This document shows positions 9,267 to 20,600 of a stretch of 40,464 bases of DNA, in pieces. Position 1 is the stretch's first letter. Each line of letters opens with the position of its first letter. The DNA comes from Candidatus Nanopelagicales bacterium (lineage in GTDB: Bacteria; Actinomycetota; Actinomycetes; S36-B12). The stretch covers positions 1 through 40,464 of the forward strand of contig DASYOJ010000119.1 in the NCBI GenBank assembly GCA_036007925.1, written 5' to 3'. Below the pieces are notes generated by a model that saw nothing but the letters and a program-made list of their open reading frames with translations, made no database searches and had not been told where the DNA came from. Position numbers and translations under genes: made by a program.

Positions 9267-10204
9267 GTCGCGAACTGCCCCATCCGCACGTAGATAAGCC
9301 GATCGGGATCCTGCGATTCGGTGCGTCCGTGCGCGGTTGTCGTGTTGTTGACCGCGAGGATCTCCCCCGGCTGCCAATCCACTCGCTGCTCCAGAGCTTC
9401 ACCGGCTGCGTAGACGGCGTAGACGATCTGCTCGGGAACACGCTCACCCTCGGGAGTGCGGATAACGATCGGCGGAGTGCGTCCTGACTCCTCGTGTAGG
9501 ACATCACCCGCCGTCCCAGCATCGGCGATCTGTTCACCGAACCACACCGGCAGCAGGCTGCTGAGCAGCCGCTCGGTTCCGTCGACACCGGCGACGATCG
9601 CGCTAGTCCGATATTGAGTGGTCACCACATCAGACTCGCGGTTGTACGTCATGGTGGTGTTGTTGGCCTGACAGATGCGATCCACCTCGTCGAGATCCTC
9701 GGTCATGAACGCCTGCCGCCAATCGGATCCTTCGAGTCGACGGTGGTAGACGAGATCATTCGCCCGCAGGTACTCGCGCACTTCCTCGGGCAGTGCTGCC
9801 AACAACTCGGCGCCATCGCACACGGTCGTCTCGCCACCTCCTCCCGCGGGCGGCACCTGGCAGTAGAACCACAAGACCTGTGGTCGCTCCTGGAAGTAGT
9901 ACATCTCCCCGTGCAGTGGAACCGGGAACGTCTGCGTGGATCCCGTTGCTGTCAGGATCGACGATTCGGTGTCGACCGTGGCTCGGTCGAGGGACCCAAA
10001 CCGGAACCCACCACCGCGGTAGTCGTGCCAGTCGGCGCAGATGGCATCGCTGATGGACACGAAATCATCGAGCGACGCATCGAACCCGCGGATCGCAACG
10101 CTTCCGGCGGTACGCAGCGCTCGGGCCACCTCCTGCGGATCGATGTCCGCGAACGACGAATCGTCGGACTCCTTCCTGATGGTCACGAGTGTGTCAGTGG
10201 TCAT
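9263..10204 (-). CDS. TauD/TfdA-family Fe(II)/2-oxoglutarate dioxygenase
   Basis: PLHGEMYY (HxE), GGGETTVCDG and TTAHGR (distal His plus Arg). About 313 aa from the ATG at 10204, which forms an ATGA overlap with the PKS stop. Confidence 0.78.
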   Translation of the reverse strand: MTTDTLVTIRKESDDSSFADIDPQEVARALRTAGSVAIRGFDASLDDFVSISDAICADWHDYRGGGFRFGSLDRATVDTESSILTATGSTQTFPVPLHGEMYYFQERPQVLWFYCQVPPAGGGGETTVCDGAELLAALPEEVREYLRANDLVYHRRLEGSDWRQAFMTEDLDEVDRICQANNTTMTYNRESDVVTTQYRTSAIVAGVDGTERLLSSLLPVWFGEQIADAGTAGDVLHEESGRTPPIVIRTPEGERVPEQIVYAVYAAGEALEQRVDWQPGEILAVNNTTTAHGRTESQDPDRLIYVRMGQFAT

Positions 10205-13200
10205 GTTTGATCCCTTCGCTCGTAACAGATTCCCAATACCGCCCCCGGGGGCCGCAAGAGCATCACCGGCCACAACGTGCTCGCATCGTCGGGTCCAGCC
10301 ACGATCAGCGAGTGCTTCCAGGGATCGCGCGCCATCACCGGCCAGCGGCGGATGTTTCCGCCGAGTCCAGTTCCCACCGCCTTCGCGGCTGCTTCCTTCG
10401 CAACGAGCACTTCGATGGTTCGGGTGACTCCCGATTCGACCATCTCGCTCTCCCGCTCCGTCAGGGCGCGGTCGATCGCGGCTGTATCGCGATCGCTGGC
10501 CTCGATATCAATACCTAGTACCGCTCCAGGACGGGCTGCACCCGCCACGATCATGGACTTGCTGTGGGTCAAGGACACCACCGGGACCCCACCGATCGAT
10601 TCCAGCGGCGGGCAATGCACGTAGGGCGCACCTTCCGTGGTCGTCAGGATCTCGACGTCGGCAGGTTGTAGATCCACTCCGTGGTGATGCAAAACCCACG
10701 CCCGCACCGCATCCTTCATGGCGATTCGGCCCAGCAACCATTCGATCCGTCGGGCTGGCTGCGCCCGCATTCCGTACCAGGAGCGCCGTTCACCGGCGGT
10801 CAGTGATACGTGCGCAAGGACACGCGACCAGATCCCGTACCCCGAAACCAGGAAGTCCGGTTGCACCTCGGTGATGGCCCGCAACGTGACCGGAGGTGGC
10901 CCCACCGGCCAATCGACGCTGAGCATCTCGCGTGCCGGATTCAACAGGTACATCAAGAAACGGGTCGGGAACGCGAAGACCCGTTGCCGTAGACCAACGA
11001 ATCGGGCCACAACGCTTCCGGATCCATCGATGATGTCGATGTCCGCGCACGTGCCGACATCGTCGCTTTCGCGGATACGCACCTCGAACCGAACGGGTGT
11101 GCCCTCAGGGATCAGCGGACCGTAGACCTCGTACGCCTCCGCGAAGTAGGGGAATGCGCCCACGGTCTGTGCGTTGTGCTCGTTGGCCCAAAAGGACACG
11201 AGCTGGCCGCAGGTATCGGCAAGGAACGGATCCATCTCCATGCGGGGACGCAGTGAGTAATCGGGGTGCAGATCCACCCGACGACGACGTCCCCGGGCCC
11301 TCACACGATCCCCTGTCACCTCGTCCACCACTTCCACGGCCCGGAAGGCCGGGCCGTGGAAGAGGCCGGAGTACAGACCCCGCGCCGGGCCTTCGGACCA
11401 ATCATCCGAAGCTCCCGGGGGCGCTGGCAGATAGCGATCGGCGAGCACCACCTGCGCTTCGAAGGCCACGTACTCCGGACCGGCATCCGAGGGATCCGCC
11501 GGTGCGATATGCGGATCGCGGATCACCACCACCCGAACGTCCACGAGATCTTCCCCGGATTGCGTCGCTTCGATTCGGACGGTGGCCTCACCTGCATCGA
11601 GGGCGACCCAGCGGTGAGCGCGCATGTTGCGCACCTGCGTGCAGACCAGGTGATCACCCACAAGATCGCGGGCTGCTTGGGCCACCATCTCCATGCTCGC
11701 GGTGAAGGGGACCACTGCCAACGGTGTCAATGACGAATCGCGCTGTGAGACCACACCACCGATCGCGTGGTGGGCGACGGCGGGATCGGTATCGGAACGG
11801 AAGACCTTGATGTGCGTCGATGAATGAGCCGTGCGCTCCACGCACTCACCGAGTATCCATTCGCGATCGCTGCGGCTCTCTTCGAACAACTCCTCCCCGA
11901 CGATCGCACGCACGGCCGCCGATCCCATCACTGTCTCCTGGGCCTGAACGAACTGACGCATGAGCGTCAGATGGGTCTCCAATGCATGGGCGTGATCACC
12001 GGAACTCGCGCGGCGCGCGATCGGTTCCCCGATGCTTGGCTCCAACTCCAGCAGGTCCACCGGGTCTTCGATCCGGTCCCCGAGAGCGCCGCGGATGCGG
12101 TGCAGCCACGTGACATCGACATCCAGGCCGTGGATCCACAGCGCCGCGAGCGTACGCAGGGAGGTGGTGAGTGTCCCGGCCGCAGAGTCCATGGATAGAA
12201 CAAGAACACCCGTTCCACGCAACACGTCGGTGGAACATGCGCTGAGCATCGTGCCCGGGCCTACTTCCACGAGGCACGTCAATGCCTGTTCTTCGACCAT
12301 CCGGGCGACCGTCGCGGCGAAGTCGACTGGCTTCCACCATTGCTCTGCGAGCAGATCACGGATTGAGTCGGCATCGGCGTCGACCCGTTCCCGGGTGGAA
12401 CACGAGTACCAGGGGAGTCGCGCACGGCGGACGTCGATGTCCTGGTACGCCTCGCGCATCATCTCGGCGCGAGGGGTGAACGCTTCGGTGTGGTAGGCCA
12501 ACGTGAACGGTAGTTCCCCGATCAGTGTCCCCGGAGCGCGCACTGCGGCCAGGAATTCCTCTCGATGCTCGTCGGCAACCCAGACCACGCAGACGTTCGG
12601 TGCGTTTATGTTCGTGATGACGGCCGTGGGTGTCTGTTCGACCACGCTGCGGACGTCTTCAACCGCTCGACCATTGATGGCGAATGTGGCACCGGGCGGC
12701 AGCGGGAATCTCTCGGCAGCGGCAACTTGGACTTCGGTAACCCGCGCGATCGCGGGCATCAACGCATCGGTGCGCATTCCGCTGACCGCACCGCTGATCA
12801 CACCGGCGGCGAATTCCCCACTCGATTGGCCGAGCACCGCCGATGGCGCTACTCCTAGCCGGGCGAGGGTGTCTGCGGATGCCACGCTCGAAACGGCGAG
12901 GCTCTGCGTCCCACCGAACACGCCCGATAGTTCCGACGGATCGGTGGGTGCCAGCGGTTGCGACCACATCTTGGTGGTCATCGGCTGCACGTCCGACGCA
13001 ACCAGAGTGGAATCGAGTTCGACGAACCAATCCTCCACCGATGGCAGGCAGGCTGCGAGGTCCTGGAACATGCCCGGACGCTGGGAACCCTCCCCGGGAC
13101 AAAGGAAACCCACCTTCGGATGCTCGACTGGTACCCCCAAGACGGTGCCGTCGGGGCTGCGGAGTCGGTCCTTCCCGCCATTGATCGCGGTAATGATCCG

Positions 13201-14631
13201 ATCGATCCGGGCCACTGCCTCATCAGCCGACGCAGCTACCAAGCCGGCCCGATGCTCGGAATTCAACGCCGGACGCTTCGACGCGACAGTCGACAACTGC
13301 ACGCCGTCGAGAAGTTCGTCTCGAGCCGCGCTCAGTGACTGGCGAAGCGTTTCGAGATCCGAGCCGCCGAACAGAAGTACTTCGACCGGCCAGTGGGCTG
13401 GAGCGGGTCGGGATTCGCGTCGCGACTCTTCGATGACCACATGCGAATTCGCTCCACCGAAGGCGACGGTGTTGACGCCCATGCGCCGCACGCCACTGCG
13501 TAGGGGCACGGGCGTGAGGGTGGTGGCCGCGACCTGCTCGCTGTTCATCTCGATGCGACGCCGGGGTCCGGTTCCGACTGACGGGGTGATCACCCCGTAG
13601 TGCACGCTCAAGATGGCCTTCATCAATCCGCCCATGCCGCCAGCGGCCAGGGCGTGACCCAAAAGCCCCTTCACCGAACCCACGAGCCAGGGTTGCTCGC
13701 CGCGTAACCGCTCCAGCGTTCGCCACTCGGAACGATCACCGATGTCCGTTCCGATGGCGTGAGCCTCGACTGCGGAGATGTCGTCGGGCCCGAGTCCGCC
13801 GATGCGCCAGGCTTGCTCGATCGCACTGGCCAAGCCCTCGGGCCGAGAAGTCAACAAACCCAAGCTGCGCCCGTCGCTGGATTGACCGACCGCGCGGATG
13901 TCGGCGTATGACTCACCCGCACGGATGTCCGTCGTGCGCTTGAGGACGAGGAAACCAACACCTTCACCGATGAGAGTGCCCACGGCATCGGACATGAAGG
14001 GACGGCATTCATCATCCGCCAACATGTCCACGGCCGCGAAGGACTCTTGGACACCGCGGTCCAACCACGGTCCGACCGCACCCACCAAAACCGCATCGAC
14101 CGTACCCGCGGCCAGCATCAGCCGGCCGGTCTCCACGGCAGCCACGGCCGAAGAGCACGCAGCATCCACCACCTGCTGCGGACCGTGCAGATCCAACTCC
14201 GACGCGATCCGTCCGGCCAGCAGATTGGGGTGAATCGAGGTCACCAGATCGCTGTCCATCTGGTGACCGTGGGCCCATGCTTGTTGCGGACGGCCCAACA
14301 GGGTGGAAGTGCCGACCAGCACAGCGCACGAGCGCCGCAACTGCTCGTCCAGGCCCGCATCGCGAACCGCCCGACGTGCCACATCGACCGCTATCAAGTG
14401 CCACGGCTCACCCACGCGCAGTACCGACGGCGCCGGGAGCGATTCGCGATCCATGACCAACGGTGCGAACCCGCCGAATCGCGGACCCGCGCTTTCCGCG
14501 CGGAGGGTGGGCGCCTGGGACGTCTGCGGCACTCCTCCGACGAGCACCGACCAAAGCCGGTCGAGGTCCGGCGCACCGGGGAAGGTCGCAGCCATGCCCA
14601 CAACGCTCGTCGTGGTGTGCGGATTCGTCAT
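10201..14631 (-). CDS. Iterative type I PKS/PUFA-synthase-like protein B: KS-AT-DH-PPTase
   Basis: KS motifs DAACSS, EAHAIGTDIGD and KGLLGHALAAGG. AT motif GQSSGEF. DH motifs AHHAIGGVV..LAVVP, LFHGPAFR and DTCGQL. C-terminal PPTase motifs WLLGRIAMKDA, LGIDIE and VAKEAAAKA. ATG at 14631 forms an ATGA overlap with protein A's stop. Confidence 0.9.
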   Translation of the reverse strand: MTNPHTTTSVVGMAATFPGAPDLDRLWSVLVGGVPQTSQAPTLRAESAGPRFGGFAPLVMDRESLPAPSVLRVGEPWHLIAVDVARRAVRDAGLDEQLRRSCAVLVGTSTLLGRPQQAWAHGHQMDSDLVTSIHPNLLAGRIASELDLHGPQQVVDAACSSAVAAVETGRLMLAAGTVDAVLVGAVGPWLDRGVQESFAAVDMLADDECRPFMSDAVGTLIGEGVGFLVLKRTTDIRAGESYADIRAVGQSSDGRSLGLLTSRPEGLASAIEQAWRIGGLGPDDISAVEAHAIGTDIGDRSEWRTLERLRGEQPWLVGSVKGLLGHALAAGGMGGLMKAILSVHYGVITPSVGTGPRRRIEMNSEQVAATTLTPVPLRSGVRRMGVNTVAFGGANSHVVIEESRRESRPAPAHWPVEVLLFGGSDLETLRQSLSAARDELLDGVQLSTVASKRPALNSEHRAGLVAASADEAVARIDRIITAINGGKDRLRSPDGTVLGVPVEHPKVGFLCPGEGSQRPGMFQDLAACLPSVEDWFVELDSTLVASDVQPMTTKMWSQPLAPTDPSELSGVFGGTQSLAVSSVASADTLARLGVAPSAVLGQSSGEFAAGVISGAVSGMRTDALMPAIARVTEVQVAAAERFPLPPGATFAINGRAVEDVRSVVEQTPTAVITNINAPNVCVVWVADEHREEFLAAVRAPGTLIGELPFTLAYHTEAFTPRAEMMREAYQDIDVRRARLPWYSCSTRERVDADADSIRDLLAEQWWKPVDFAATVARMVEEQALTCLVEVGPGTMLSACSTDVLRGTGVLVLSMDSAAGTLTTSLRTLAALWIHGLDVDVTWLHRIRGALGDRIEDPVDLLELEPSIGEPIARRASSGDHAHALETHLTLMRQFVQAQETVMGSAAVRAIVGEELFEESRSDREWILGECVERTAHSSTHIKVFRSDTDPAVAHHAIGGVVSQRDSSLTPLAVVPFTASMEMVAQAARDLVGDHLVCTQVRNMRAHRWVALDAGEATVRIEATQSGEDLVDVRVVVIRDPHIAPADPSDAGPEYVAFEAQVVLADRYLPAPPGASDDWSEGPARGLYSGLFHGPAFRAVEVVDEVTGDRVRARGRRRRVDLHPDYSLRPRMEMDPFLADTCGQLVSFWANEHNAQTVGAFPYFAEAYEVYGPLIPEGTPVRFEVRIRESDDVGTCADIDIIDGSGSVVARFVGLRQRVFAFPTRFLMYLLNPAREMLSVDWPVGPPPVTLRAITEVQPDFLVSGYGIWSRVLAHVSLTAGERRSWYGMRAQPARRIEWLLGRIAMKDAVRAWVLHHHGVDLQPADVEILTTTEGAPYVHCPPLESIGGVPVVSLTHSKSMIVAGAARPGAVLGIDIEASDRDTAAIDRALTERESEMVESGVTRTIEVLVAKEAAAKAVGTGLGGNIRRWPVMARDPWKHSLIVAGPDDASTLWPVMLLRPPGAVLGICYERRDQT
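10231..10878 (-). other. Protein B integrated Sfp-type 4'-phosphopantetheinyl transferase domain (approximate)
   Basis: SLTHS, LGIDIE and LVAKEAAAKAVG ((F/W)xxKEAxxKA), plus the N-terminal pseudo-repeat WLLGRIAMKDAV. Confidence 0.8.
10966..11868 (-). other. Protein B PKS-type double-hotdog dehydratase domain (approximate)
   Basis: HHAIGG...P (HxxxGxxxxP-like), GLFHGPAFR (YGPxF-like) and DPFLADTCGQL (DxxxQ). Confidence 0.7.
12241..13119 (-). other. Protein B acyltransferase domain (approximate)
   Basis: FLCPGEGSQ...GQSSGEFAAG nucleophile elbow and LAYHTEAF. Confidence 0.75.
13426..14610 (-). other. Protein B ketosynthase domain (approximate)
   Basis: Active-site Cys in VVDAACSS. Both His motifs are present but deviant (HAIGT instead of HGTGT). 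Confidence 0.8.
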
Positions 14632-17600
14632 CTCGTCCACGGCCCGTCTCCGATCACGATGTCGACGAAACCCGGATCCACTGCAGCCGATGCCGCCTCG
14701 ATAACGAAAGCACGCGCTCCAACTGTCGGCTCGATGACATGGATCCCGCGCTCGCGCAGTAGATCAGCGACGACTTCGCTGACCATGCCCTGCAGGCCGG
14801 TTCCGAACCACGGTCCCCATTGGATGGCGCGCACTCCCGTTACAGGCCAACGCTCGGCCCAACTGGCGGCAAGGACAGTCATGGCCTCATTGGCCGCTGC
14901 GTACGCGGACTGCGCGGGGTTACCGAAGGCTCCCGTCACGCTGCCGAAAACCACCATCCAGGACGGAATATTCTCCGCCCGTGCCAGGGACCGGCATACG
15001 TTGTCCAGGCCGAGCACCTTGGTCTCGATCACCGCGCGAGCATCGGTGAGGTCGAGTTCGACCAGCGGTGCATCCCGCACGATTCCCGATCCGAAGACAA
15101 CGCCGTCAATGCGACCGTGCTCGGTTAGCACCGCATCGATCACCGAATCGACTTGCGCGATATCGCGGACATCCGCCGGCAGCGCTTGCCAACCCTCGGG
15201 CAACTCCCATTCCGCAGCCGATCTGCCGACCACGATCACGGTGCAATCCGGCAGGGCTTCCACTGCGGCACGTGTGATGCCCCGAGCGCCGCCGAAGGCA
15301 AGCACTACGTTCCCCCGAAGCACCGACAGGTCGACGTCACTCACCACCTGCTCGGCGAGGCGCATGTCGATCGAACGAAGCCCCGTCTCCTCGGAAATGC
15401 GGAGTCTGGTGGTCGCATTCTCGCCTCGCTCTGCGGCTACACAGCGGGCGGCGGCGGCGACAGTCCGCACCGGGCCTACCGCCCCTTCGATCACCGACAG
15501 GTCGGACGGCGAGGTTTGCCACCGGGAGAGGGCGTCCATCGCCGATTCGATGAGCACGGCTGCGGCCTTGCTGTGATCGTCAGCGTGTACCTCGCTGGTA
15601 CAGAACGCTTCGCCAGCGACCACCGGCACGTCGACCCACGTGCGCACCCGACGAGGAACCTCCACTTCATCGCCGGAAGATGCTCGTGCTTCGCTGCCGT
15701 CTTCTTGCAGAGCTACGACGATCTCGCGAACGGTGCGCAACCGACTCAAGTCCACGCCCTCGCGCCGCTCGATGCCCAGCCGTTCACGCAGCATGGACAA
15801 GATCTCCACGCGCTTGATGGAATCCACCCCGAGTTCGGATTCCAGGTCCATGTCCGCTCCGATCACACCCGGATCGAACCCGGTGCGATCGCTGATGAGT
15901 GCTACGAGGACTTCCTGGATGTCGGCAGGAGCGCTCGAGTCCGGCATCGACGCGGCGGCAACCGGCTCATCGCGCTTGGGCTCCACGAGAACCTCACGCT
16001 GCGCAACCCCGGGAGTGAGCCGCGGCGTGGGTGGAGTGATGCGTGGGCGGCGAACACCGCCGGATGTCTGGCCGAGGGCCTGGTCCATCACCTGCTCGTG
16101 AACCCGCAGGAAGTCTTGCATCGTGCGCTGGAACTCCACGACCGCATCGCTAGAGCCGATGTTCGTCGCTGCAAGCACCTGCCCGGCGGTCTGCGCCGTC
16201 AGCATCGGCTCCCGGCCGTCGTAATCGCCATCCATCCGACCGCGACGTACGCCTCCACCATCGACGAACCAGGTGGTGTCGTCGGTGCCACGCAGCGCGT
16301 CTTCACCGGGCACCGGGAGTCGACCCTCGAACAGTGCCTGCACGCTGTCCACCGCACCGAGCGTCCACAACTCGCCGATCGCATCGAGGACACCGGACAT
16401 CGGGCGCCCGGGTCGTTCCAGCGGCACGACGCGGGCGTTCGGATCGATCTGTGTGATCAACGACGACGCAGTCGAACCGGGCCCCATTTCGACGAAGACC
16501 GATACCCCTGCCTCGACCGCCCGTTGGACTTGCTCCACGAATCTCACCGGCTGCATCAGGTGGTCGGACATCCGCTGGCGAATCTCTTCGACGCTCGCCG
16601 GGTACGACGCACCATCGGCATTACCGATGACCGTGATCGACGGAGGGGCGAGCCGATAGCCGGCGATTGCGCCCGTCAACGGGCCGATCGCATCGGTCAT
16701 CAATGCCGAATGGAAGGCACCGCCAACGGGAAGGACCACCGCCGATGCTCCAGTGTCCGACGCACGACGCGCAATGTCCTCGACATCAGCGCGGGCTCCG
16801 GAGACCACCATTTGGCGGGGGGCGTTGAAGCACGCCACCGTCGCTTCAGTTCCTGACACCAATTCGGCGGCCGTGTCTGCATCGATCTCAAGGGCCGCCA
16901 TTGTGCCGCGGCCGTCGTCGCTCGCGGCCATTGCGGCGCCGCGCACGCGCGTTAGATCGACCAGGTCCTCGCGACCCAAGACTCCAGCACGGTGCAGCGC
17001 CATGAACTCGCCGTAGGAATGACCGAAGGCAACCGTTGGACGAACACCCAACGAGTCCAGCAAGTCCGCCAAGCCCATGCCGAGCGCAGCGAGGGCGCTT
17101 TGCGCCATCCGGGTATCGGCGATCCTGGAGCGCTGCGCGTCGGCCTCGTGATCGGATCGCGCGCGGAACGGATAGATGGTTTCGATGAGGTTGTAGGGCA
17201 GTTCATCACCGATAAGCGCATCGACCAGCGCAAGTGTCCGGCGAAGGTCCGGAAGATAGACCGAGGCCTCGCGCAGGCTATTGATCCGTTGCGCGGCCTG
17301 TCCCGGGAAGATCTCGGCGACGTTCGGAGGTGTGGTCACCTCGACGAGGTCGCTGTAGTCGTCTTCCTTCCATCGGGTTGCACATTCGCGCAGTTGCCCT
17401 GCCGCATCGAGCGGATCGAGCATCACGAGCGCGAAGCGCCACGGCCCACTCGCAGCGCGCGCCGCACCGTGGGCGACGTTTCGAGGAATGCTGCCGCGGA
17501 TCTCCAACTCCGCCGCCAACCGTTCGGCCTGCTGCGCGGCATCACTCGGCGTACTGGCTCCGATCACCAGCAACTCGGCTGGCCAGCGCTGTGCACCGAC

Positions 17601-20600
17601 AGCCGCGCCATCAGCTGATTCCAAGACCACGTGGGTGTTGGTTCCACCGAAACCAAAGGCGCTGACCGCGGCGAAGCGCGCCGGATCGAGCCACGGCACG
17701 GACTTGTCGTACAGGACCACCGAGCCGGCCTCGTCCCGAAGCGAGTCGATAGGTGCCTGGACGCTCGGCTGCCCTGGTCGTACCCCGTGATGCAAGGCCA
17801 TGGCCGCCTTCATCAGGCCCAGCACCCCGGCACCAGCCTTCGCGTGACCCATCTGTGCCTTGATCGAACCGACCGAACACGATGTGGACGACAACCCACG
17901 AACCTCACTGATCGTGGTGATCTCCGTTCGATCACCGACAACCGTCCCGGTGCCGTGCGCTTCATAGAGCCCCACCTGTGCAGGCTCGACATCGCAACTG
18001 TCATAGGCACGGCGCAGCGCGAGTTGCTGACCGGAGCTTTGTGGAGCAGTCAGGCTCAAGCCGCGACCATCCGAACTCGAGCCACTACCGCGGATGACCG
18101 CGTAGATGCGATCCCCATCTCGCCTGGCGTCCTCGAGGCGCTTGAGCACGAGAATTCCCACCGCTTCGCCGATCACGATGCCATCAGCGGACTCATCGAA
18201 CACATGGGCTCGATCTCTCGGTGACAACGCGTGGCTTGCGGCAAACGACAAGTACACGCGCGGCGCCATCGCGGTATCCGCGCCGCCGGTGATGACGACA
18301 TCGGTCCGACCGGTTTCCAACTCACGGATAGCAGCCTCGACCGCAGCTAAGGACGATGCGCACGCCGAATCGACGGTGTGATTCGGCCCCTTGAAGTCGA
18401 AGCGGTTGGCGATGCGTCCGGTCGTTACGTTGTTCAAGAAGCCGGGGAAGGACTCTTCGGTCCAACTCGGGAGTCTGCTCCATGCTTGTTCCTCCACGGC
18501 TGCACTGACACTGGAAAGCATCGCCCGTGCGGCGTACCCCTCGCCGATATCGCCACTGCTCGAGGACATTCCGACGATCACCCCGACTCGGGATCGATCG
18601 ACGCGACTGGCGTCGAACCCGGCGTCGGCCAAGGCTCGACGTGTTACCTCCAGGGCGATCAACTGTGCCGGTTCGATGTGCGCAAGGGCCGTGGGCGGGG
18701 TGCCAAAGCGCATGGGGTCGAAGGGGATCGGATCGATGAAGCCGCCATGAACGGCCACCGTCGGATCCGGGGCTGCCGGATCAGGATCGAGTACCCGCGC
18801 TGGATCGAATCGCTCGGGGGGAATCGGTCGAGTGGCCACCCGCTGCTGCACCACGGTGTCCCAGAAACCAGCAAGATCACTGGAATCGGGAGCTACGACG
18901 GACATCCCGACGATGGCCACCGGGACCGACTTGATGGCATCTGCGCGATGTGGCGCTTTCGTATCCCAGGTCGCATCGATCACCTCCCGGCCTCCGGCTA
19001 GGACGTCTTCGTGCAGCGCAGCGATGTTGGTCACGTGCGCGTGCATCGTCGCAACATCCCCGAGCATGTACATGCCTTCACGCAACTGCCGATCGCGGTC
19101 GACCGAGACAACCGCCTCCCCCTCACGGATCTCGGCGCGGCTTGCCATGCGCAGCCGTCCGAGGGTGAGGGCTTCGAGGTGACTCGATCGGGTTTCCGGA
19201 TCCACACCGGTCAGTTCGCGAGCTCGTGCTTCGAACTCCGAAACGAAACCGCTCATCGCAACTCGCGTGGAGTGGCCCACCGCGGTGGTGACCGTGCTCG
19301 TGCGATCGCACGACAACGCAACATCTTGGAACAATTGAGGAATCGCCCCACTGCTGACCGCTTCCTCAGTGAACAAGTACGCGGTTCCCATCAGCAAGCC
19401 GACGGACACTCGATCGAGGAGGCCGCCGAGTTCCCAGGATGCGAGCGTGGCAGCCGCCGCCGAACTCACCGAATCGTGGATGCCCCCTGCAAGGAAGACC
19501 GAGGCCTGCGCGGACTCATCTGCTCGGAGTAGATCGGCGATCTCATGGAGCGCCGACTGCCACAAGACCGCACTCGAGAGCGGGCCGACATGGCCGCCGC
19601 ACTCGTACCCTTCGAGGACGAAGCGTCGAACCCCCGCTTTCCACAGCAAAGACACGATCCGTGCAGTTGGAGCGTGCGCATAGGTGATGATCCCGTGCGA
19701 TTCGAGATCGAGCACCTGATCGGGGCGGGCGCCGGCAACCACCGCAACCGAAGGCCGGGTACGCAGCACCGCTTCATGTTGCGGCTGCCAGATGTCCTGC
19801 GGCGCGAAGCCGAGCATGCCAACACCCCACGCGCGATCGGCGAGTTCCGCGCTCGTCTCGCTGAGTACGTCATTTGCTGCCGGGCCCCGCTTGAGAGCAA
19901 GGGCCACGAGCGGCAACGCACCTTCCTGCGCCACCGCACTCGCGAATCCCGGGACATCGCTGACTCTGGTCATCGGCCCTTGAACGAGCGGTGCCCCAAG
20001 GCCTAGTTCCCCGCACAGCGGCGAACCACTTCCGAGCAGACTCTCGGCGCGCGCCGCAAGCGCCGCTTCGGGATCGAGCCGGTAGCCCGACAGCACCGTA
20101 GATAGCGGCCGATCGACGTTCTGCCACGCGATCGCCAGCCCCTGACCCACGGGAATGAGATCGGAGAAAACATCCCGCCAACCCCACGGCAAGTCCTCAC
20201 TTCCACGATCGAAATCCGCCACCAGCGATGCTTGGACCTCCTGGGCAACGGGCAGGTTTCCCCGCAGCAGGAAACGCACTTGCCTGTCTGCTGGTCCGAG
20301 CGCCACCGCTTCGGTTCCATCAAGGTCGCGCACGGTACTGCGTAGCCCGGTGATCCGCGCTTGGCTTGTCAACACCAACTCATCGCGCAACACCACACCA
20401 GCAGCACCTGCAGTTCGCAGTGCTGCGGCAATGGACGGACTGATCGCACCGAAGGCGAGCACCTCACGTGCCCCTACTTTGCGCGCTTGCTGTAGGAGGA
20501 TCGCGGTAGATGTCGATCCGATCGCTCCGCCGGATTCCGACCCGCGCACAACCACGTGATCGTCGCTCGCGAACAACTCGACGATGCGCTGCGCATCGGT

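Noticed and set aside
4119-10204. Isonitrile-lipopeptide-type module (ScoA-E / Rv0096-0101 logic: acyl-ACP ligase, ACP, TauD-like enzyme).
   Set aside because: No ScoD/Rv0098-type thioesterase-fold gene and no NRPS are present. The dioxygenase shows HxE rather than the HxD I recall for ScoE. The resemblance is limited to superfamily composition.
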